14,202 nt of DNA. It comes from Tubiluchus corallicola (lineage: Eukaryota; Animalia; Priapulida). The notes under the pieces are model-generated. The model saw only the letters and a list, made by a program, of their open reading frames with translations. It searched no databases and was not told where the DNA came from. The stretch's first letter is position 1. Each line of letters begins with the position of its first letter. A program made the position numbers and the translations under genes. Location: the NCBI GenBank assembly GCA_030141605.1, contig JAQGDQ010002121.1, positions 1 to 14,202 of the forward strand, given 5' to 3'. This document shows positions 1-9,771 of the stretch, in pieces.

Positions 1-4
1 CTAT

Positions 5-246
5 GTGAGTTCTGACTAGATGTTTCGGGTTGTTTGTAGATGTTTGGGACTGCTCTAAATGAGTTCTGGTTAGATGTTGTAGTTTTGACTATATATCTCA
101 ATAGATGAGAAGAATTGAATCTACGTGTCAAATATTTCAGAATTTTCTAAGTGAATTCTTATTAGGAGTTTCAGGATTTCTGTAGATCTCAACAGATTAC
201 AGCGATCAAACGTAAATGCCTTCAGACTTGAAGTAGATGTTTTAGG
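5..246. repeat. Conserved ~242-bp core shared by every monomer (first copy shown)
   Basis: Runs from GTGAGTTCTGACTAGATGTTTCGGG to CTTCAGAC...TTTAGG. After TTTAGG the sequence branches to CTGGCGGGG (A, C) or TTGCGTATAG (B, D, E, F). Confidence 0.93.
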
Positions 247-1032
247 CTGGCGGGGACTGCTCTAAATGAGTTTTGACTAGATGCTGCAGTTCATCTAGAT
301 ATCTTAATAAATTAATACAATTTGATGTGGATGCCTTCTAACGAGATGTGTGATGTGTTCTCCCATTGTATAACATTGCCTGTACAGTTCGTCTGGTTAG
401 GTATCTAGATTCGAAATAAACTTCACCAGTCTAGATGCTAGAGATTACTCTAAGTACGTTCTGACTAGATGTTTCAGAATATACCAATATCTTAGATGTA
501 CGTGTCTTCTAACAAGCCAATTGAGGCTTTCTGTGTATTTCCCTATTCAGATGCGTAACATTGCCTTTGTAGATGTTTGGGACTGCTCTAAATGAGTTCT
601 GGTTAGATGTTGTAGTTTTGACTATATATCTCAATAGATGAGAAGAATTGAATCTACGTGTCAAATATTTCAGAATTTTCTAAGTGAATTCTTATTAGGA
701 GTTTCAGGATTTCTGTAGATCTCAACAGATTACAGCGATCAAACGTAAATGCCTTCAGACTTGAAGTAGATGTTTTAGGCTGGCAGGGACTGCTCCTAAA
801 TGAGTTTGGCTAGATGTACAGTTCTCTAGATATCTTAATAGAAATTAATACAATTTGATGTGGATGCCCATTCTAACAAGATAATATGAATAATATTCTC
901 CCATTTATCTAACATTACCTATGATTCCGTCCTGAGTTAGGGTATCCCAAGATTCAGGAAATGAACTTCACCAGTCTAGATGCTAGAGAGTACTCTTAGT
1001 GCGTTCTGACTAGATGTTTGAGATTACTGTGA
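5..1032. repeat. Truncated A monomer (5-565) followed by a degenerate C-type monomer (566-1032)
   Basis: The A module stops at ACATTGCC (~565) and jumps into the core at TTTGTAGATG (~101 bp missing). The second unit follows the C path but has many substitutions and indels at ~785-965. Confidence 0.8.
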
Positions 1033-1535
1033 GTGAGTTCTGACTAGAAGTTTCGGGTTGTTTGTAGATGTTTGGGACTGCTCTAAATGAGTTCTGGTTA
1101 GATGTTGTAGTTTTGTCTATATATCTCAATAGATGAGTAGAATTGGATGTGCGTGTCAGATGTTTCAGATTGCTCTAAGTGAGTTCTTATTAGGTGTTTC
1201 GGGATTTCTGTAGATCTCAACAGATTACTGCGATCAAACGTAAATGCCTTCAGACATGATGTCGATGTTTTAGGTTGCGTATAGATGCCATCTTACCAAA
1301 CGGTTAAAACTTCCTACTAGATGCTTGTTGGTCATTGATGTCTTCTAAGAAGCTAATTGAAGCTACCGGTGTATTTTTCTATCAGACGCACATCTCATTG
1401 CCTAATATTGCCTGTACTGGTCCTCTGGCTAGGTATCTGAGATTTGAAATGGATTTCATCTGTCTACATGCTAGAGATTGCTTTAAGGGCGTTCTGACCA
1501 GATGTTTTAGGACCAGATGTTTGAGATTACTCTGA
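1033..1535. repeat. Unique F monomer (~504 bp), a diverged D-like/A-like chimera
   Basis: The left module resembles the second D subrepeat (GTCTTCTAAGAAGCTAATTG...CAGACGCACATCTCATTGCC). The right part is a diverged copy of the A/C segment (AGGTATCTGAGATTTGAAATGGATTTCATC vs AGGTATCTGAGATTCGAAATAGACTTCACC). Confidence 0.85.
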
Positions 1536-2766
1536 GTGAGTTCTGACTAGAAGTTTCGGGTGGCTTGTAGAAGTTTGGGCCTGCTCTAAATGAATTCTGG
1601 TTAGATGCTGGTAGTTTTGTCTATATATCTCAATAGCTGAGTAGAATTAAATGTACGTGTCAGATATTTCAGATTGTTCTAAGTGAATTCTTATTAGGAG
1701 TTTCAGGATTTCTGTAGATCTCAACAGATTACTGCGATCAAACGTAAATGCCTTCAGACTTGAAGTAGATGTTTTAGGCTGGCGGGGACTGCTCTAAATG
1801 AGTTTTGACTAGATGCTGCAGTTCATCTAGATATCTTAATAAATTAATACAATTTGATGTGGATGCCTTCTAACGAGATGTGTGATGTGTTCTCTCATTG
1901 TATAACATTGCCTGTACAGTTCGTCTGGTTAGGTATCTGAGATTCGAAATAGACTTCACCAGTCTAGATGCTAGAGATTACTCTAAGTGCGTTCTGACTA
2001 GATGTTTCAGGATGCCTGTATATCTTAGATGTATGTGTCTTCTAACAAGCCAATTGAGGCTTTCTGTGTATTTCCCTATTCAGATGCGTAACATTGCCTG
2101 TAGAAGTCTTCTGCCATATACTTTTGATTGGCAGTACATTTCTTCCTCCCAGATGTTTGTTCTGACTGGATGTTTCGGGTTGTTTGTAGATGTTTGGGAC
2201 TGCTCTAAATGAGTTCTGGTTAGATGTTGTAGTTTTGTCTATATATCTCAATAGATGAGTAGAATTGGATGTACATGCCAGATATTTCAGATTGTTCTAA
2301 GTGAATTCTTATTAGGAGTTTCAGGATTTCTGTTGATCTCAACAGATTACAGCGATCAAACGTAAATGCCTTCAGACTTGATGTAGAGGCTTTAGGTTGC
2401 GTATAGATGCCATCTTACCAAACGGTTGAATATTCCTATCATATGCTTAAGTTTAGGTGTACGTGTCTTCTAACAAGCTAATTGAGGCATTCTGCGCCCT
2501 TCAGCCTAAAATAGACGCCATTTTACCAAACGGTTGAGTCTTTCTACCAGATGCTTGGGTTTGGTCATTGGTGTCTTCTAAGAAGCTAATTGAGGCTGCC
2601 GGTGTATTTCTCTATCAGACGCACATCTCATTGCCTAGCATTGCCTGTAGAAGCCTTTTGCCATGTACTCTTGAAGGGCAGTACATTTCTTCTGCCCAGA
2701 TGTTTGAGATTAGTCTGAGTGACTTCTGACTAGATGTTTCTACCTACATGTCTGATATTGCTCTAT
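1536..2766. repeat. One A monomer (17-bp deletion at its junction with the next core) followed by one D monomer
   Basis: Anchor spacings are 618 and 612. AGATTACTTTGAGTGAG is missing after 2159. Confidence 0.85.
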
Positions 2767-4671
2767 GTGAGTTCTGACTAGATGTTTCGGGTTGTTTGTA
2801 GATGTTTGGGACTGCTCTAAATGAGTTCTGGTTAGATGTTGTAGTTTTGTCTATATATCTCAATAGCTGAGTAGAATTAAATGTACGTGTCAGATATTTC
2901 AGATTGTTCTAAGTGAATTCTTATTAGGAGTTTCAGGATTTGTGTAGATCTCAACAGATTACAGCGATCAAACGTAAATGCCTTCAGACTTGAAGTAGAT
3001 GTTTTAGGCTGGCGGGGACTGCTCTAAATGAGTTTTGACTAGATGCTGCAGTTCATCTAGATATCTTAATAAATTAATACAATTTGATGTGGATGCCTTC
3101 TAACGAGATGTGTGATGTGTTCTCCCATTGTATAACATTGCCTGTACAGTTCGTCTGGTTAGGTATCTGAGATTCGAAATAGACTTCACCAGTCTAGATG
3201 CTAGAGATTACTCTTAGTGCGTTCTGACTAGATGTTTCAGAATGCCTGTATATCTTAGATGTACGTGTCTTCTAACAAGCCAATTGAGGCTTTCTGTGTA
3301 TTTCCCTATTCAGATGCGTAACATTGCCTGTAGAAGTCTTCTGCCATATACTTTTGATTGGCAGTACATTTCTTCCTCCCAGATGTTTGAGATTACTTTG
3401 AGTGAGTTCTGACTGGATGTTTCGGGTTGTTTGTAGATGTTTGGGACTGCTCTAAATGAGTTCTGGTTAGATGTTGTAGTTTTGTCTATATATCTCAATA
3501 GATGAGTAGAATTGGATGTACATGCCAGATATTTCAGATTGTTCTAAGTGAATTCTTATTAGGAGTTTCAGGATTTGTGTAGATCTCAACAGATTACAGC
3601 GATCAAACGTAAATGCCTTCAGACTTGAAGTAGATGTTTTAGGCTGGCGGGGACTGCTCTAAATGAGTTTTGACTAGATGCTGCAGTTCATCTAGATATC
3701 TTAATAAATTAATACAATTTGATGTGGATGCCTTCTAACGAGATGTGTGATGTGTTCTCCCATTGTATAACATTGCCTGTACAGTTCGTCTGGTTAGGTA
3801 TCTGAGATTCGAAATAGACTTCACCAGTCTAGATGCTAGAGATTACTCTTAGTGCGTTCTGACTAGATGTTTCAGAATGCCTGTATATCTTAGATGTACG
3901 TGTCTTCTAACAAGCCAATTGAGGCTTTCTGTGTATTTCCCTATTCAGATGCATAACATTGCCTGTAGAAGTCTTCTGCCATATACTTTTGATTGGCAGT
4001 ACATTTCTTCCTCCCAGATGTTTGAGATTACTTTGAGTGAGTTCTGACTGGATGTTTCGGGTTGTTTGTAGATGTTTGGGACTGCTCTAAATGAGTTCTG
4101 GTTAGATGTTGTAGTTTTGTCTATATATCTCAATAGATGAGTAGAATTGGATGTACATGCCAGATATTTCAGATTGTTCTAAGTGAATTCTTATTAGGAG
4201 TTTCAGGATTTGTGTAGATCTCAACAGATTACAGCGATCAAACGTAAATGCCTTCAGACTTGAAGTAGATGTTTTAGGCTGGCGGGGACTGCTCTAAATG
4301 AGTTTTGACTAGATGCTGCAGTTCATCTAGATATCTTAATAAATTAATACAATTTGATGTGGATGCCTTCTAACGAGATGTGTGATGTGTTCTCCCATTG
4401 TATAACATTGCCTGTACAGTTCGTCTGGTTAGGTATCTGAGATTCGAAATAGACTTCACCAGTCTAGATGCTAGAGATTACTCTAAGTGCGTTCTGACTA
4501 GATGTTTCAGGATGCCTGTATATCTTAGATGTATGTGTCTTCTAACAAGCCAATTGAGGCTTTCTGTGTATTTCCCTATTCAGATGCGTAACATTGCCTG
4601 TAGAAGTCTTCTGCCATATACTTTTGATTGGCAGTACATTTCTTCCTCCCAGATGTTTGAGATTACTTTGA
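2767..4671. repeat. Three tandem 635-bp A monomers
   Basis: Exact 635-bp anchor period, mirrored by ORF copies at 3310, 3945 and 4580. Confidence 0.95.
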
Positions 4672-7221
4672 GTGAGTTCTGACTGGATGTTTCGGGTTGT
4701 TTGTAGATGTTTGGGACTGCTCTAAATGAGTTCTGGTTAGATGTTGTAGTTTTGTCTATATATCTCAATAGATGAGTAGAATTGGATGTACATGCCAGAT
4801 ATTTCAGATTGTTCTAAGTGAATTCTTATTAGGAGTTTCAGGATTTCTGTAGATCTCAACAGATTACTGCGATCAAACGTAAATGCCTTCAGACTTGATG
4901 TAGATGCTTTAGGTTGCGTATAGATGGAATCTTACCAAACGGTTGAATATTCCTATCATATGCTTAAGCTTAGGTGTACGTGTCTTCTAACAAGCTAATT
5001 GAGGCATTCTGTGTACTTCCCTGTTCAGATGCTTAACATTGCCTGTAGAAGCCTTCTGCCATGTACTCTTGAAGGGCATTACATTTCTTCTGCCCAGATG
5101 TTTGAGATTAGTCTGAGTGAATTCTGACTAGATGTTTCGGGTTGTTTGTAGAAGTTTGGGCCTGCTGTAAATGAATTCTGGTTAGATGCTGTAGTTTTGT
5201 CTATATATCTCAATAGATGAGTAGAATTGGATGTACATGTCAGATATTTCAGATTGTTCTAAGTGAATTCTTATTAGGAGTTTCAGGATTTCTGTAGATC
5301 TCAACAGATTACAGCGATCAAACGTAAATGCCTTCAGACTTGAAGTAGATGTTTTAGGCTGGCGGGGACTGCTCTAAATGAGTTTTGACTAGATGCTGCA
5401 GTTCATCTAGATATCTTAATAAATTAATACAATTTGATGTGGATGCCTTCTAACGAGATGTGTGATGTGTTCTCTCATTGTATAACATTGCCTGTACAGT
5501 TCGTCTGGTTAGGTATCTGAGATTCGAAATAGACTTCACCAGTCTAGATGCTAGAGATTACTCTTAGTGCGTTCTGACTAGATGTTTGAGATTACTGTGA
5601 GTGAGTTCTGACTAGAAGTTTCGGGTTGTTTGTAGATGTTTGGGACTGCTCTAAATGAATTCTGGTTAGATGTTGTAGTTTTGTCTATATATCTCAATAG
5701 CTGAGTAGAATTAAATGTACGTGTCAGATATTTCAGATTGTTCTAAGTGAATTCTTATTAGGAGTTTCAGGATTTGTGTAGATCTCAACAGATTACAGCG
5801 ATCAAACGTAAATGCCTTCAGACTTGATGTAGATGCTTTAGGTTGCGTATAGATGGAATCTTACCAAACGGTTGAATATTCCTATCATATGCTTAAGCTT
5901 AGGTGTACGTGTCTTCTAACAAGCTAATTGAGGCATTCTGTGTACTTCCCTGTTCAGATGCTTAACATTGCCTGTAGAAGCCTTCTGCCATGTACTCTTG
6001 AAGGGCATTACATTTCTTCTGCCCAGATGTTTGAGATTAGTCTGAGTGAATTCTGACTAGATGTTTCGGGTTGTTTGCAGAAGTTTGGGACTGCTCTAAA
6101 TGAGTTCTGGTTAGATGTTGTAGTTTTGTCTATATATCTAAATAGATGAGTAGAATTGGATGTACATGCCAGATATTTCAGATTGCTCTAAGTGAATTCT
6201 TATTAGGAGTTTCAGGATTTCTGTAGATCTCAACAGATTACAGCGATCAAACGTAAATGCCTTCAGACATGATGTCGATGTTTTAGGTTGCGTATAGATG
6301 CCATCTTACCAAACGGTTGAATATTCCTATCATATGCTTAAGTTTAGGTGTACGTGTCTTCTAACAAGCTAATTGAGGCATTCTGCGCCCTTCAGCCTAA
6401 AATAGACGCCATTTTACCAAACGGTTGAGTCTTTCTACCAGATGCTTGGGTTTGGTCATTGGTGTCTTCTAAGAAGCTAATTGAGGCTGCCGGTGTATTT
6501 CTCTATCAGACGCACATCTCATTGCCTAGCATTGCCTGTAGAAGCCTTTTGCCATGTACTCTTGAAGGGCAGTACATTTCTTCTGCCCAGATGTTTGAGA
6601 TTAGTCTGAGTGACTTCTGACTAGATGTTTCTACCTACATGTCTGATATTGCTCTATGTGAGTTCTGACTAGATGTTTCGGGTTGTTTGTAGATGTTTGG
6701 GACTGCTCTAAATGAGTTCTGGTTAGATGTTGTAGTTTTGACTATATATCTCAATAGATGAGAAGAATTGAATCTACGTGTCAAATATTTCAGAATTTTC
6801 TAAGTGAATTCTTATTAGGAGTTTCAGGATTTCTGTAGATCTCAACAGATTACTGCGATCAAACGTAAATGCCTTCAGACATGATGTCGATGTTTTAGGT
6901 TGCGTATAGATGCCATCTTACCAAACGGTTGAATATTCCTATCATATGCTTAAGTTTAGGTGTACGTGTCTTCTAACAAGCTAATTGAGGCATTCTGCGC
7001 CCTTCAGCCTAAAATAGACGCCATTTTACCAAACGGTTGAGTCTTTCTACCAGATGCTTGGGTTTGGTCATTGGTGTCTTCTAAGAAGCTAATTGAGGCT
7101 GCCGGTGTATTTCTCTATCAGACGCACATCTCATTGCCTAGCATTGCCTGTAGAAGCCTTTTGCCATGTACTCTTGAAGGGCAGTACATTTCTTCCTCCC
7201 AGATGTTTGAGATTACTTTGA
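4672..7221. repeat. 2550-bp higher-order repeat B-C-B-D-E, copy 1
   Basis: 445+484+445+612+564 = 2550. Unit starts at 4672, 5117, 5601, 6046, 6658. Confidence 0.93.
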
Positions 7222-9771
7222 GTGAGTTCTGACTGGATGTTTCGGGTTGTTTGTACATGTTTGGGACTGCTCTAAATGAGTTCTGGTTAAGTGTTGTAGT
7301 TTTGTCTATATATCTCAATAGATGAGTAGAATTGGATGTACATGCCAGATATTTCAGATTGTTCTAAGCGAATTCTTATTAGGAGTTTCAGGATTTGTGT
7401 AGATCTCAACAGATTACAGCGATCAAACGTAAATGCCTTCAGACTTGATGTAGATGCTTTAGGTTGCGTATAGATGGAATCTTACCAAACGGTTGAATAT
7501 TCCTATCATATGCTTAAGCTTAGGTGTACGTGTCTTCTAACAAGCTAATTGAGGCATTCTGTGTACTTCCCTGTTCAGATGCTTAACATTGCCTGTAGAA
7601 GCCTTCTGCCATGTACTCTTGAAGGGCATTACATTTCTTCTGCCCAGATGTTTGAGATTAGTCTGAGTGAATTCTGACTAGATGTTTCGGGTTGTTTGTA
7701 GAAGTTTGGGCCTGCTGTAAATGAATTCTGGTTAGATGTTGTAGTTTTGTCTATATATCTCAATAGATGAGTAGAATTGGATGTACATGCCAGATATTTC
7801 AGATTGTTCTAAGTGAATTCTTATTAGGAGTTTCAGGATTTGTGTAGATCTCAACAGATTACAGCGATCAAACGTAAATGCCTTCAGACTTGAAGTAGAT
7901 GTTTTAGGCTGGCGGGGACTGCTCTAAATGAGTTTTGACTAGATGCTGCAGTTCATCTAGATATCTTAATAAATTAATACAATTTGATGTGGATGCCTTC
8001 TAACGAGATGTGTGATGTGTTCTCCCATTGTATAACATTGCCTGTACAGTTCGTCTGGTTAGGTATCTGAGATTCGAAATAGACTTCACCAGTCTAGATG
8101 CTAGAGATTACTCTTAGTGCGTTCTGACTAGATGTTTGAGATTACTGTGAGTGAGTTCTGACTAGAAGTTTCGGGTTGTTTGTAGATGTTTGGGACTGCT
8201 CTAAATGAATTCTGGTTAGATGTTGTAGTTTTGTCTATATATCTCAATAGCTGAGTAGAATTAAATGTACGTGTCAGATATTTCAGATTGTTCTAAGTGA
8301 ATTCTTATTAGGAGTTTCAGGATTTGTGTAGATCTCAACAGATTACAGCGATCAAACGTAAATGCCTTCAGACTTGATGTAGGTGCTTTAGGTTGCGTAT
8401 AGATGGAATCTTACCAAACGGTTGAATATTCCTATCATATGCTTAAGCTTAGGTGTACGTGTCTTCTAACAAGCTAATTGAGGCATTCTGTGTACTTCCC
8501 TGTTCAGATGCTTAACATTGCCTGTAGAAGCCTTCTGCCATGTACTCTTGAAGGGCATTACATTTCTTCTGCCCAGATGTTTGAGATTAGTCTGAGTGAA
8601 TTCTGACTAGATGTTTCGGGTTGTTTGTAGAAGTGTGGGCCTGCTGTAAATGAATTCTGGTTAGATGCTGTAGTTTTGTCTATATATCTCAATAGATGAG
8701 TAGAATTGGATGTGCGTGTCAGATGTTTCAGATTGCTCTAAGTGAGTTCTTATTAGGTGTTTCGGGATTTCTGTAGATCTCAACAGATTACTGCGATCAA
8801 ACGTAAATGCCTTCAGACATGATGTCGATGTTTTAGGTTGCGTATAGATGCCATCTTACCAAACGGTTGAATATTCCTATCATATGCTTAAGTTTAGGTG
8901 TACGTGTCTTCTAACAAGCTAATTGAGGCATTCTGCGCCCTTCAGCCTAAAATAGACGCCATTTTACCAAACGGTTGAGTCTTTCTACCAGATGCTTGGG
9001 TTTGGTCATTGGTGTCTTCTAAGAAGCTAATTGAGGCTGCCGGTGTATTTCTCTATCAGACGCACATCTCATTGCCTAGCATTGCCTGTAGAAGCCTTTT
9101 GCCATGTACTCTTGAAGGGCAGTACATTTCTTCTGCCCAGATGTTTGAGATTAGTCTGAGTGACTTCTGACTAGATGTTTCTACCTACATGTCTGATATT
9201 GCTCTATGTGAGTTCTGACTAGATGTTTCGGGTTGTTTGTAGATGTTTGGGACTGCTCTAAATGAGTTCTGGTTAGATGTTGTAGTTTTGACTATATATC
9301 TCAATAGATGAGAAGAATTGAATCTACGTGTCAAATATTTCAGAATTTTCTAAGTGAATTCTTATTAGGAGTTTCAGGATTTCTGTAGATCTCAACAGAT
9401 TACTGCGATCAAACGTAAATGCCTTCAGACTTGATGTAGATGCTTTAGGTTGCGTATAGATGGAATCTTACCAAACGGTTGAATATTCCTATCATATGCT
9501 TAAGCTTAGGTGTACGTGTCTTCTAACAAGCTAATTGAGGCATTCTGCGCCCTTCAGCCTAAAATAGACGCCATTTTACCAAACGGTTGAGTCTTTCTAC
9601 CAGATGCTTGGGTTTGGTCATTGGTGTCTTCTAAGAAGCTAATTGAGGCTGCCGGTGTATTTCTCTATCAGACGCACATCTCATTGCCTAGCATTGCCTG
9701 TAGAAGCCTTTTGCCATGTACTCTTGAAGGGCAGTACATTTCTTCCTCCCAGATGTTTGAGATTACTTTGA
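7222..9771. repeat. 2550-bp higher-order repeat B-C-B-D-E, copy 2
   Basis: Same order and lengths as copy 1. ORF copies at 7118 and 9668 are exactly 2550 apart. Confidence 0.93.

Noticed and set aside
241-246. Telomere-like TTTAGG motif
   Set aside because: Isolated single hexamers, never tandem.
277-298. Hairpin CTAGATG-N8-CATCTAG as a terminator or structured RNA
   Set aside because: Only a 7-bp stem with no U-tract, and expected by chance given the abundance of CTAG/TAGATG words.
5-635. 5S rRNA, tRNA, snRNA or spliced-leader tandem gene array
   Set aside because: The unit size is compatible, but I recognise no 5S, tRNA or U snRNA sequence or Pol III A/B boxes. An Rfam cmscan would be decisive.
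1898-2212. Plus-strand ORFs 1335-1535, 1898-2212 and 4398-4682
   Set aside because: They have non-ATG (TTG) starts in the track and are open only through unit-specific SNPs; most sister copies carry a TAG stop (CTCTTAG).
2410-2430. CENP-B box in CTTACCAAACGGTTGA
   Set aside because: Does not match the TTCG....A..CGGG core on either strand.
3310-3498. Repeated minus-strand 62-69 aa ORF MRYIDKTTTSNQNSF... as a multicopy small gene or variable-tail cassette system
   Set aside because: I recognise no homology. The ORF is present only where repeat variants happen to lack stops, its C-terminus changes with indels, and there is no visible sign of codon-level constraint. RNA-seq or Ribo-seq would be needed to revive it.
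5-4671. Tandem LTR/TRIM or MITE array with the core as LTR
   Set aside because: I saw no convincing TG...CA termini, primer-binding site, polypurine tract, terminal inverted repeats or target-site duplications. A remote TE origin cannot be excluded without a Dfam search.
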